Source: a virus
Lineage: Duplodnaviria > Heunggongvirae > Uroviricota > Caudoviricetes
Reading direction: 5' to 3' (one strand)
IMG/VR virus record: IMGVR_UViG_3300019487_000021
DNA length: 64,000 nt
The notes beneath the pieces are model-generated. The model saw nothing but the letters and a program-made list of their open reading frames with translations. It was not told the DNA's origin and made no database searches. Positions within the stretch are counted from its first letter, which is position 1. Each line of letters opens with the position of its first letter. The position numbers and the translations under genes are program-made. This document shows, one piece after another, positions 1 to 9,077 of the stretch.

Positions 1-87
1 TTGAGTTTGTTGATCACCTTGTCACGTTCGTGATTGAGTTGCTGAAGAGTCATCGTATGCCACTGATCAGCACGTAACTCAGTATCT

Positions 88-507
88 TCATTCATAGTCA
101 CTTTCACATGCCTCAATCAATAAGTCAAGTCCAACAGTTCGTTTAATCCGTGATTTCCAAGACATAAATCGCTTACCATGTCCCGAAACGGTGTGATGTT
201 GATGCTCCCAGGCATGAACCATTTCATGAACAAGAACGTCAAGGAACATTCTTCGGTTTGTGAATTCATCGTTAAGTTCCAAGCACAAAACTCTTCGTTC
301 GCCGTTCAGTCGGTGAATACAACGCCCCCAGACTCCACGCAGCCGTCGAGCCTCGAATTTCTTCGGCTTGTCCAGTCGACCATAAAAAACAGCAGTGTTC
401 AAAACATTGAACCACCGAGCCATCATTCGCTCGGTAACTTCTGCTTTTCGATGCCCGACACGCTGAAGGTGGCCCTTCACGTATTCACGAGCTTCGTCAT
501 GTGTCAT
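88..507 (-). CDS. SprT-like zinc metalloprotease
   Basis: HEMVH (HExxH) motif preceded by 'DVLV'; SprT-like size and basic composition. Confidence 0.8.
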   Translation of the reverse strand: MTHDEAREYVKGHLQRVGHRKAEVTERMMARWFNVLNTAVFYGRLDKPKKFEARRLRGVWGRCIHRLNGERRVLCLELNDEFTNRRMFLDVLVHEMVHAWEHQHHTVSGHGKRFMSWKSRIKRTVGLDLLIEACESDYE

Positions 508-1502
508 TTATTACAGTAGAGTTTTGCCTTGACAGCTCCTTCATAGCCACTTGAAGTGCTGTCTTTAATTGTTCGCAAAGTGTACAACAATCCATACTTT
601 ACCACCGCATCACTAACGTCTTTGCAAGAGCCAACGTCTGGAGTAGAAATCGACCAACCGAGATCTAACGCTTGCTCGGCGAGAGCAATACCATTGCCGT
701 ATCTGTCAGGAACTACTACTTTGGGGCGTCTGGACTGGTTAATCCATCGCAGCTGATTAGGAGTAAGTTTGCTGCCGAAGATTGCTACACCCTTCAGTGC
801 ATACGCATCAAAGAATCCTTCTACCACGTACAATGGTGTGTCAGTCTCCTCCTCTAGTCGTTCATATCCGTAGAGCACGTTCTCGCGTGGAACGTCAGGA
901 CTTAAGTATTTACGCGATCGTGTGCCAGATAAATCGCGGCCCTGCCAGAAAACGACAGTTTTCCCTTTGTAAACAGGGACAATGAGCCGCCCAAACCATT
1001 TCTTGAGCTCTGGCTCATCAGTCTTTTTGGACAAGTAGAATGGGTAATCTTCCCAAGTCATCCTACGTTTTTCCATTAGGTGATTGTTTGCAGCAACTGC
1101 CCACTCATCGTCGGGATCGTCTGTTAATGGATAGAATGTAGGGGGGAGTTGCAACACGGTTGGCTCGATATCAGCCAAAGGATGGACAAATCGGTGTGAA
1201 ATATCTTGATTGGCTAGAGCTTCAAAAACAACACGCTGCCAATCATCCTTCGAAACACCAAAAGCGTCGAGGACTGTTTTCATATCGCGCGACAAGAATC
1301 CGTTGACCGTCGGATCGTAAACAGCAGCGTGACCACAGTTGAAGCAATTATAGCCTACTTTTGGACCGTCGAAATTGAATCCAGCACGTTGTCCTTTACG
1401 GCCATGATCGTTACAGACTTTGCACAGAACTGAGTACCACCCATTACTTGCTCGTCGGGAGAGTGGGACGTACTGTCGGATGATTTGTTCGAGTGATGTC
1501 AT
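504..1502 (-). CDS. DNA primase (T4 gp61-like, Zn-binding plus TOPRIM)
   Basis: N-terminal CKVC...CFNC zinc motif; 'VVEGFFDA' TOPRIM motif; 'D..CKDVSD' C-terminal acidic motif. Confidence 0.85.
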   Translation of the reverse strand: MTSLEQIIRQYVPLSRRASNGWYSVLCKVCNDHGRKGQRAGFNFDGPKVGYNCFNCGHAAVYDPTVNGFLSRDMKTVLDAFGVSKDDWQRVVFEALANQDISHRFVHPLADIEPTVLQLPPTFYPLTDDPDDEWAVAANNHLMEKRRMTWEDYPFYLSKKTDEPELKKWFGRLIVPVYKGKTVVFWQGRDLSGTRSRKYLSPDVPRENVLYGYERLEEETDTPLYVVEGFFDAYALKGVAIFGSKLTPNQLRWINQSRRPKVVVPDRYGNGIALAEQALDLGWSISTPDVGSCKDVSDAVVKYGLLYTLRTIKDSTSSGYEGAVKAKLYCNK

Positions 1503-1546
1503 TTGTTTTTGTTCTCAACATACGATATCCCCCAAGGGTCGTCAAC

Positions 1547-2242
1547 TCACTTTGCAGGACGACCCTTGTCATCACCCTCGTAGCGCAATTTACCAGGTGG
1601 TGGTGTTGGCTTTGTGATTCTTGTAGCTTTATTGGGTTTCTTCGACTCTGACATCTGCTTGATCATTACATCAAGACGTCGTCGAATTTCAGGGGAATGA
1701 ATGTAGATGTCTTCGCCTCGCAGAATACGATTAAACTCTTCCTCTGTCAAGAAGGGAATGTAAAGGTTCTTTGCAAGAGCGGTGAACCATTTCATTGTTG
1801 CCTCAAGTTGGGCTGCAAGTTCCTGACCCTTGCCTAAGATACCACTCTTGAAGTTGTGGAACATCAACATACAATGATCGTTGACGATCATTTCGTCGCC
1901 TGCCAAGAAGATCAATGTACCAAGTGAGAATGCCATTCCTTCGAGAACTGTGATGATCTTGCCCTGAGAATTTTGCATGGCGTTGACAATTTGAACACCA
2001 GTATCGAGCCGACCTCCAGGTGTGTTCAGGTGGATAAAGATGATGTCATTCGGACCAGCGACGAGGATCCGATGAATCATGTCGGTGTATTCGTTTGGTT
2101 CGCCAATTTCTTCGCTAAGGTAAAAGTGGACCTGAGCCGCTGTGAAGGTAGTCTCATACGCGTTGTATGGCTTCTTCTTCGGATCTTTTTTCGGCTGTTC
2201 TTCTTCCTCAGCCCGAGAATTCTTGTAGGTATATGTAAACAC
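1547..2242 (-). CDS. clpP: ClpP-like serine protease
   Basis: 'HLNTPGG', 'GMAFSLGTLIFLAGD', 'MLMFHN' match ClpP catalytic Ser/His regions. Confidence 0.8.
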   Translation of the reverse strand: MFTYTYKNSRAEEEEQPKKDPKKKPYNAYETTFTAAQVHFYLSEEIGEPNEYTDMIHRILVAGPNDIIFIHLNTPGGRLDTGVQIVNAMQNSQGKIITVLEGMAFSLGTLIFLAGDEMIVNDHCMLMFHNFKSGILGKGQELAAQLEATMKWFTALAKNLYIPFLTEEEFNRILRGEDIYIHSPEIRRRLDVMIKQMSESKKPNKATRITKPTPPPGKLRYEGDDKGRPAK

Positions 2243-2293
2243 ACTCGCCTCCTGATGACGATGTATTTACGGCGTTGTTCCGATGTGTACTAT

Positions 2294-2599
2294 TCAGAAC
2301 AACGCCGTAAGTATATCGTCAGGATAAGGGGTAAGCGATTGAGATTTCGCGGTTTTAATGCGGATCATTGATTGGTCATATTCGCCAAGTACGTGTACAA
2401 ACTCATCCTGTTTAGAGAACTGATTGAATACGTAACGTGGTCCGACTTGGTAGAACGAATCAGTATGTGACGCAACCGCCGTAACGAACGGAACGCCCAA
2501 CACTGTTTGAACTTCCTCCTTCATTTCTTCGAAGAGATCTTGAGCACGTGTGCGCCAGTACTTAGCCCGCTTTTCATCTAGTTGTAATATTCGGTCCAT
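2294..2599 (-). CDS. hypothetical protein
   Basis: 101-aa ORF in the minus-strand run, SD-like AGGA upstream. Confidence 0.6.
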   Translation of the reverse strand: MDRILQLDEKRAKYWRTRAQDLFEEMKEEVQTVLGVPFVTAVASHTDSFYQVGPRYVFNQFSKQDEFVHVLGEYDQSMIRIKTAKSQSLTPYPDDILTALF

Positions 2600-2610
2600 G
2601 ATGTGTCCTA

Positions 2611-2640
2611 AAGAAAGAGGAGCACGAGGCTCCTCTTTCT
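2611..2640 (-). terminator. intrinsic terminator downstream of tmRNA
   Basis: AAAGAGGAGC/GCTCCTCTTT hairpin with T-rich tail. Confidence 0.6.
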
Positions 2641-2649
2641 GACGTTTCC

Positions 2650-2990
2650 TGTTCCCAAGCAGTCACGCTCGGTCGAGGCAAGGCTGCTGTTAAGCAGCTA
2701 CTCCGTAGAGTTCCTCAACATTGTACGCAGAGTCGTTTGCGTTTAACGTTTTACGCTGATTACGTCAGTCGTCTCTCGCACTGTCCACTGGCCACTCGCA
2801 CGTCAATCAATTCCATTCACCCCCATAGGTGGTTCGTGTGTGAGCTTTGCTAGCATTTCTCACAATGGCAGTGTCTCACAACTGTTGTACCTCTGCCCTA
2901 GACTCAACTTATCATTCGAACCGTGTTGGTGGAGATGCCGAGATTCGAACTCGGGTCTTGTCCGCCTTGCAGCTGCTTCACACAGTGTTA
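2650..2990 (-). ncRNA. ssrA: tmRNA, circularly permuted (two-piece); tag ANDSAYNVEELYGVAA
   Basis: Acceptor piece with T-arm and CATCTCC-A-CCA ends at 2927, upstream of coding piece starting GGGGGTG at 2824 (G3:U70 pair); tag frame 2740-2690 ends in AA-stop. Confidence 0.9.
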
Positions 2991-2994
2991 GGTG

Positions 2995-3002
2995 TATTTA
3001 TA
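2995..3002 (-). promoter_or_regulatory. T4-type late promoter TATAAATA driving tmRNA
   Basis: Exact TATAAATA just upstream of the acceptor piece. Confidence 0.7.
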
Positions 3003-3133
3003 CCTCAAAAGAAACGGGGAGTCAACTTGCCAGTTGCTAACCGTCGCTGCAATCTTGTGGCCGTTCTTTTTGTTATTTGGTCTTTTTGTAGTGGAATGCC
3101 TTTGTTCCAAGCTGGTAGATGTAAAAATCCATT

Positions 3134-3667
3134 TTAACTGCCTTTGCGGACACCTTTGTTTCGTGCCCAATCAAGGTCAAGATCCTCACCATATTCCTCG
3201 ACAATTTTGATCTCCTTCACCGTGTCTTTGATGTCCGGCAGATCTTTGATGTTCATATCGCCAATGTCGTACGAAAGAGTGATGTGTGGATAGTATTCGT
3301 CGTAGTCATACTGAGCGCTATGCTCCTTCATCAGCTCTTTGTGGCGCGTTTCAAGTTCGGGGCACGAATATTTCAACACAAGGCAGTTTGTTGGTTTACC
3401 ATCAGAGCCGGCCGGTGGACGAGTCTTCCACACCTCAAAGCTTTTTGGGGTGCCAATCAATGGTTTGTCAAGCTTACCAGCTGGCTTGTAGTTAGGAAGG
3501 TATTTCCTGCTATACAAGAGCGTACTGTGTAGCCGATCCGGACGTACCGAGGTTGGGATTTTGTTATCGTGGATATACTTGTGTATCGCTTTGTTCGTCG
3601 CCGTGTCAAATCTCACTCCTGCGTACGAACCCTTCTTCTCTTTGTCAGTCACTTCCCATAGTAACAT
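3134..3667 (-). CDS. acb1: 2H phosphoesterase, T4 gp57B/Acb1-like anti-CBASS nuclease
   Basis: 'LHSTLLYSR', 'FEVWKT', 'YYPHITLSYD', 'EYGEDLDLDW' parallel T4 57B motifs as I recall them. Confidence 0.8.
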   Translation of the reverse strand: MLLWEVTDKEKKGSYAGVRFDTATNKAIHKYIHDNKIPTSVRPDRLHSTLLYSRKYLPNYKPAGKLDKPLIGTPKSFEVWKTRPPAGSDGKPTNCLVLKYSCPELETRHKELMKEHSAQYDYDEYYPHITLSYDIGDMNIKDLPDIKDTVKEIKIVEEYGEDLDLDWARNKGVRKGS

Positions 3668-3688
3668 CACTCGTCTCCAGCTCCCGTT

Positions 3689-3844
3689 TTAGTTGTTTTT
3701 TCCGAGACGGCGGTTCAACTTCTGAGTCTGTCTCTTCCATACTCGCTTACCTTCACGAACACTTCGCTCGATCTCATAAGGAAGATCGTCTTCCTCTTTG
3801 AACCTTCGTTGGAAGTGTGCTTCTTTTCGATTCTGCGGTTTCAT
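3689..3844 (-). CDS. small basic hypothetical protein (about 51 aa, MKPQNRKE...)
   Basis: Below track cutoff; ATG abuts the upstream stop, fills the gap. Confidence 0.45.
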   Translation of the reverse strand: MKPQNRKEAHFQRRFKEEDDLPYEIERSVREGKRVWKRQTQKLNRRLGKNN

Positions 3845-4002
3845 TATAGTTTCTCAAAGCCTGTTAGTCCAGGCTTGAGCTCATTCGGCTCGACTGGTTG
3901 TCCATACATCCAATGTTTGGTGGTCTGGATGTGCCCCTTACGAACGTATTTACCAACTTTCATCCGAAACTCGCGGAACTGCTCTCGAGTTAACTGTGCC
4001 AT
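3844..4002 (-). CDS. small hypothetical protein (52 aa, MAQLTREQ...)
   Basis: GGAG SD, ATG at 4002, TAA at 3844. Confidence 0.5.
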   Translation of the reverse strand: MAQLTREQFREFRMKVGKYVRKGHIQTTKHWMYGQPVEPNELKPGLTGFEKL

Positions 4003-4073
4003 GTCTTTTCTCCATTGAAACCAGAGAATTATACGACAAAAGGGTCAACTAGGCAACGCTGAATCGAGTGATA

Positions 4074-4733
4074 TTAGTCGTTTCGCTTCCAAGTTGTGAA
4101 ACGCAACTTGTCGTTCGTGTTGACTTTGTATGTATGTTCCTCAGTGAAGTGTTCCGTGACAAATGTGACAGGAAAGTGTTGATCGCAATTGTAACCGTCG
4201 TTGATGATTGTCATGTACACCGTGTTGGCGAGTGCCAATGCTTCACGGAATAGCCTTTCGCCTCCAATGACAAACACCGTTTCACGTTCATCAGCAACTA
4301 GATGTTTTTCGATTTCTGTCAGCGACTTGATCACCTTTGCGTTCGGAAGATCTGCGAGCGTTGAAGATACAACGAAGCATTCACGATCAGGCAGCACGCT
4401 GTCCTTGGCCTTCTCATCGAGAATCGTGTTAATCTCTTCGTAAGTGTGGCAACCCATCACACATTTGTGCCCCTTTGTATGATTTTGGAACCACTTCATG
4501 TCTTCTGGAAACCGCCACGGAATCGTTTTGTCCTTAGCGATTCCGCCGTATTGATCAACTGCCACAATCACAACAAAGTCACAATAACGAGAAGGCGCTC
4601 TGTCAATGTCCTTCTGCGTTTGAATCGCTTTACGACGGGCTTCTTGAAGCTTTCGTTTTGTGTCAAAGTGTTCATCGAGCAACTTTTGAAAGTAAGCACA
4701 TTCTTCTTCTGTCATCGGACGTTGCTGTCTCAT
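4074..4733 (-). CDS. folA: dihydrofolate reductase with N-terminal helical extension
   Basis: 'GIAKDKTIPWRFPEDMKWF', 'VMGCHTYE', 'VIGGERLF', 'CDQHFP'. Confidence 0.9.
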   Translation of the reverse strand: MRQQRPMTEEECAYFQKLLDEHFDTKRKLQEARRKAIQTQKDIDRAPSRYCDFVVIVAVDQYGGIAKDKTIPWRFPEDMKWFQNHTKGHKCVMGCHTYEEINTILDEKAKDSVLPDRECFVVSSTLADLPNAKVIKSLTEIEKHLVADERETVFVIGGERLFREALALANTVYMTIINDGYNCDQHFPVTFVTEHFTEEHTYKVNTNDKLRFTTWKRND

Positions 4734-6691
4734 ACCATTGTCCTCATTTCATCCGGAGAGATCACTTTCACACCCAGCTCACGAGCCTTTGCTGCTTTTC
4801 CAGACGTGCTATCCGGATCTGCTGCAACGAGCAATGATGTATTTTTGCTGACGGTCGACCCGATCTTTCCACCAGCCGACTCGATCGCTTTTTCGAGATC
4901 TTCGTCACGGAAACCAGTGAACACGACTGTCAAGCCGGACAGTTGGCCTTGAGCGGGCGCTTGATAAGGCGCAATCGTAACGACGCGTTTCACGTCGTCA
5001 AGAAACTGCATGAATGTTTGATATCCGTTAGCAATCTTTTGTGCCGTCTTCGCTTCAAATCCTTCAATCAGAACAATGTTAGACGGGAAGCGGAACATTT
5101 CGAGCTTGCCTTCGAACTTGTCGTACAGCTTCTTCATCTTGCGAACACCAACGCCTCGCCCGAAGGATGGGTGAGCACCCATCAACAAATACAGAGGGAT
5201 GTTTGTGAACTTTTCGCGAAGCCCTTGTTGAATTTTTGCGCCGATTGACCGGCCGAGTAACGATTGCAGCTCAGCACCAGTGAGATTGAGGACATCTTCT
5301 GGTGTTGTGAAACCAGCACGAAAAATCTCTTGCAAATTGCCTTCCTTCATTGCTGGAATGTCGATTGTATTGAAGAAGTCGAGCAAACGTTCAAACTGTA
5401 CTTTCTCATTGCTAGCCGCATCAACAAGGATTACATCAACACCAGTTTCGGTCCATTTCCAGTCGCCATATGCCTCGAATTGCATCTCGAACCACGTGTT
5501 GAAATCACTGACGATCGCAGGTGAAACCACACCAGTGATGAATGGAATCACATCGCCGCTGCGCGTGATTTTGATCACAGCGCCTGGCCCGATTTGATTG
5601 TCATAGATGAACTTGGCATTGAATCCTGTTGCATATTGAACTGTTACACCGACCAATTCAACGGGCTCAATCTTAACGCGCGGTTTGAAGTAACCGTCCT
5701 TCGATAGGTTCAACTCGACTTCAACAACAGTCGCCTCGGCAAGATTTGATGCCTCCGCAATTTTGAACTTGCGAGCGTATTTTGGATTGAGCGAACTAGT
5801 ATCGTATCCCTGACGATAGTCAGAATTGTTGAAATCGAGAACAAGCCCATCAAGTTCATATACCGATTCGGTTCGTCGTTGGTTGAGACGATCGATTAGA
5901 ATCGTGTCGTTTAGTTCGTGTGCGTTGTACGACTGCCAACCAGGCACGAGGAAGCCATGTTTGATAACCAGTTCATCAAGCATCAGCGATTTCATAGTGT
6001 GGTCACCTCCTGCCACGATTTCGTAAGCAACGAAATCGAGCAGTTGGTAGATTGCAGCTGGATTGGAACTGCTGTTCATCAGACCGGCGGTCATATTCCG
6101 TGAGTTCTTGTACAGCTGACCACTTCGAGTTTTCATCGTTGATTGCGCCGTCGGGAAGTTTAGCTTCTTCATGATCACTTCCCCACGCACAACTAAATTC
6201 GCGTTACGAACTTGTTGAGGAACAGACGGAATCAACGAGATGTGCCGAGTGATATCAGCTCCCTCGATACCATCTCCTCGTGAATAGGCGATTTGAAGCT
6301 TGCCCTGATGATCATAGACAAGCAATGCACTTAGCCCATCTAGTTTGTCCGTAATGATGACTGATGTACTGTCAGCTCCCGATTGTGTAATCCATTTGGC
6401 GGTTTCGCCCTCGTAAACTTGCGTGAGCGATCCCATCGGATACGGAAGCTTAATCTTACTTCCACGCACCTTGCTGCCCGTTCCGAGGAAGTATGTGTGA
6501 GTCGGTTCTTTTCTCTGCGCGAATCGATAGGCTTCGTCATATTCGGAATCGGATAGGAAGCTCTCTTCGACACCGTGATAGAGTTCATCCGCTGCTCGAA
6601 GCATTTGAATGACTTCGTCGAAGGGAATATAATCAATACCGAAGACGAGATAATCTTGGGCGATTTGAAGTGACGTGCGAGTCTTAGTCAT
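4730..6691 (-). CDS. ligA: NAD-dependent DNA ligase
   Basis: 'TDKLDGLS' KxDG, 'SRGDGIEG', 'VRGEV', 'ELDGLV', 'ITRSGDVIP', C-terminal BRCT 'VVFTG...GSTVSKNT'. Confidence 0.95.
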   Translation of the reverse strand: MTKTRTSLQIAQDYLVFGIDYIPFDEVIQMLRAADELYHGVEESFLSDSEYDEAYRFAQRKEPTHTYFLGTGSKVRGSKIKLPYPMGSLTQVYEGETAKWITQSGADSTSVIITDKLDGLSALLVYDHQGKLQIAYSRGDGIEGADITRHISLIPSVPQQVRNANLVVRGEVIMKKLNFPTAQSTMKTRSGQLYKNSRNMTAGLMNSSSNPAAIYQLLDFVAYEIVAGGDHTMKSLMLDELVIKHGFLVPGWQSYNAHELNDTILIDRLNQRRTESVYELDGLVLDFNNSDYRQGYDTSSLNPKYARKFKIAEASNLAEATVVEVELNLSKDGYFKPRVKIEPVELVGVTVQYATGFNAKFIYDNQIGPGAVIKITRSGDVIPFITGVVSPAIVSDFNTWFEMQFEAYGDWKWTETGVDVILVDAASNEKVQFERLLDFFNTIDIPAMKEGNLQEIFRAGFTTPEDVLNLTGAELQSLLGRSIGAKIQQGLREKFTNIPLYLLMGAHPSFGRGVGVRKMKKLYDKFEGKLEMFRFPSNIVLIEGFEAKTAQKIANGYQTFMQFLDDVKRVVTIAPYQAPAQGQLSGLTVVFTGFRDEDLEKAIESAGGKIGSTVSKNTSLLVAADPDSTSGKAAKARELGVKVISPDEMRTMV

Positions 6692-6803
6692 TTTTTGCCT
6701 CGTACATTGTATCCACGAGCGATGCACTCACGGATCGCATCACCAACGGTTTCGGACTGAAGTAAGATTTTGCCCGTTTTGTTGCTGCGAATACGATAGA
6801 TGA

Positions 6804-8570
6804 TCATACAGCTACGTCCATTTTGACCGGTGGATGAGATATGTACCCTTCAACAACGAAGTCATCGTACTTGAAACCATCAATTGAGTCAACCCTTTTG
6901 TTGAATCGAAATTTTGGCGACTGATACGGTTCTCTTGTGATCTGTTCTTGCAAAGATTCAACGTGGTTAACATAGATGTGTACATCAGCACCACTCCAAA
7001 TGAAATCGCCTGGTGACATATTTGCAACCTCGCAAAACATTCGAAGCATTAGACTGTATTGAACGATATTAAATGGAACACCAAGTCCAACATCACATGA
7101 CCGTTGATTCAGTAACAGCGACAATTCGTATTTTGGGACTTTGTTTTCATCGAGGATTTGTTCTATGTTATCCATTGATCCATCATCCGGAATGTGATAA
7201 AGACGTGTCATTGAATACAACCTCTCTTGAACAGTTAGTGGTTTTGCATATAGTTGAAACGTATAGTGACATGGAGGCAATGCTTGACGACCAAGAGAAG
7301 CGTTTTCAGAAGGAGAAATGCCATCGAAGGGCAAGAGCCCTGGATGCCAACCCGACACAATGAGACGGCGGTCGTTTGGTGTGTTCTTCAGTTTCCAAAC
7401 GATAGTAGCGACTTGATCAATCGTGTTTGGATATCGAACAACGAAGTTTTTATTGACAAATGGTTCAACCTCAAAACCGTTTATAAGTGTTTTTACTTTT
7501 CCAAGACGTCTCGCTTTGATTACTACTGCTGTTGTCCCCACAAACTTTGCCGCGGTGTTTTCACATGGAAAGAACAGTGTGCTAGATGGTGAAGATAAAA
7601 CAATAGGCACAGCATCCTTGCGGTAAAGATTGTTGTGTGATCTTGGAAGCCACACACACGTTTCAGGATGGTAAAGTTTTGAAGAACCGTAATAGTCTTT
7701 GTCAAGGACATAGTTCTGTTTTTGTTGCTTGACAAACCAGTTGGGCAGCAGTTTGACGTCTTCAAGAAAATCGCTCAAAACTTTCCAGCGTTCGCACACT
7801 TTTACGCCTTGCTTGCCGTGTGTTTCAAAAGCTATATCATTAGGATTATAACATCGAGACAGCATCAGTTCCCACGTTCGTCGTAAGTGTTTGTTTTGTT
7901 CCGTTTCTTTTTTGTTTCGATAGTTACCAAGTGCTCCAATCCCATAGATAGACGGCACCGACTGATCCACAAATCGACCTGAACGAACCAATCTTGTGCT
8001 AACACCATGTTTTATCCAGCCACTTTGTTCAAACCGAACAGCATAAGTTGTCGTTCGTCCTTTAGCCCCATTATTTTGAAAACCATCTACACCAAGAACA
8101 ACATAGCACCTTCCCTGTATGTTTGTAAATCGTTTGTTTGAATATTTTCCTTCCGATAAGATCATTGTTGGTACAACATCTTGCCAAGAGCGCATCTTCG
8201 TATTGTCTATAACGTTTCGAATGGGCGTTGGTGAAAACGTTGGAGGGGGCGGATAAGCTCTCCACATGGCGCCGTAAACTGGACCTAGTTGACTTTTGTT
8301 ATTCTTCCATTCATCCCATATCGTGATTTGGTGTTGTTCAAGATATTTCACATCTTCGCGACCTGACATCATCCACAATAGTTCATGAATTATCGACTTT
8401 GTGTGCACCTTCTTGGTCGTCAGTAATGGAATCGAATAGTCGCGCAGATCGAAACGCATTTGATAGCCGAACACACCGATCGTGTCGATCCCTGTGCGGT
8501 TTGGTTTTTGAACGCCGTGCTCGAGAATGTGCTTAACGCACGCAATGTATTGTTCGTCGTGTGTTACCAT
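6804..8570 (-). CDS. thyA: thymidylate synthase with about 274-aa in-frame HNH insertion
   Basis: 'NRTGIDT', 'LLTTKK', 'ELLW', 'LGPVYG', 'ALPPCH', 'QRSCDVGLGVPFN', 'DVHIYVNH'. Confidence 0.95.
   Translation of the reverse strand: MVTHDEQYIACVKHILEHGVQKPNRTGIDTIGVFGYQMRFDLRDYSIPLLTTKKVHTKSIIHELLWMMSGREDVKYLEQHQITIWDEWKNNKSQLGPVYGAMWRAYPPPPTFSPTPIRNVIDNTKMRSWQDVVPTMILSEGKYSNKRFTNIQGRCYVVLGVDGFQNNGAKGRTTTYAVRFEQSGWIKHGVSTRLVRSGRFVDQSVPSIYGIGALGNYRNKKETEQNKHLRRTWELMLSRCYNPNDIAFETHGKQGVKVCERWKVLSDFLEDVKLLPNWFVKQQKQNYVLDKDYYGSSKLYHPETCVWLPRSHNNLYRKDAVPIVLSSPSSTLFFPCENTAAKFVGTTAVVIKARRLGKVKTLINGFEVEPFVNKNFVVRYPNTIDQVATIVWKLKNTPNDRRLIVSGWHPGLLPFDGISPSENASLGRQALPPCHYTFQLYAKPLTVQERLYSMTRLYHIPDDGSMDNIEQILDENKVPKYELSLLLNQRSCDVGLGVPFNIVQYSLMLRMFCEVANMSPGDFIWSGADVHIYVNHVESLQEQITREPYQSPKFRFNKRVDSIDGFKYDDFVVEGYISHPPVKMDVAV
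7428..8249 (-). mobile_element. in-frame HNH homing-endonuclease-like domain inside thyA
   Basis: 'TWELMLSRCY...VKVCERW...F...LDKDYYG...YHPETCVWLP..HN' between ThyA 'WRAYP' and 'NTIDQ'; no intein termini. Confidence 0.75.
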
Positions 8571-8890
8571 GATGATTTCTCGTCAAGGAATTGCGCGACC
8601 ATCGGTCGCCACTCATCTTCGTAGGGCTCGACTGCATCGTCTTTCGCTTTCTGAATTTCATCTGCCAGATACCCCTTGATATATTCGACCAGGTTTGGAT
8701 ATCTGTCTTTCTTTGGGAGCTTGCCATTAAGCCATTCCCATGTTTCTGCCCACATATCTGCTTCTGTCATGTCTTCACCGTTGTCGTACATGCAGAATCG
8801 TGCATGTGGATAGATGAAGTTGTGAGCTGCTTCTTTGAGTAGTTCTTCGATTGTTTCCTTGCTAACTACTGACGCTTCTCTTTTAGTCAT
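8564..8890 (-). CDS. hypothetical protein
   Basis: ATG (MTKREAS) with GGAG SD; overlaps thyA start. Confidence 0.6.
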   Translation of the reverse strand: MTKREASVVSKETIEELLKEAAHNFIYPHARFCMYDNGEDMTEADMWAETWEWLNGKLPKKDRYPNLVEYIKGYLADEIQKAKDDAVEPYEDEWRPMVAQFLDEKSSW

Positions 8891-9077
8891 TGTCGTCTCC
8901 TTTTGTGTCTTCGACAGTAAACAAGACTCGCTCTGGAATCCACTTGTGCCAAGTTCCATCGCGGTCATGCACAGGAGTGATTTCAACAAGAACTTCATCT
9001 TTCTTTGAAGATAAGGTACGTGTTGCTTGTCGACCAGTCTTTTTGACTTCAATGTGTTCGTAAACGTATGATTTCAT
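8883..9077 (-). CDS. hypothetical protein
   Basis: 64-aa ORF coupled (ATGA) to the Thg1-like stop. Confidence 0.6.
   Translation of the reverse strand: MKSYVYEHIEVKKTGRQATRTLSSKKDEVLVEITPVHDRDGTWHKWIPERVLFTVEDTKGDDND

Noticed and set aside
7428-8249. Intein in thyA
   Set aside because: No N-terminal C/S/A block A, no block B His motif and no terminal HN followed by C/S/T. A group I intron is not excluded, but I saw no core motifs and the frame is open throughout.
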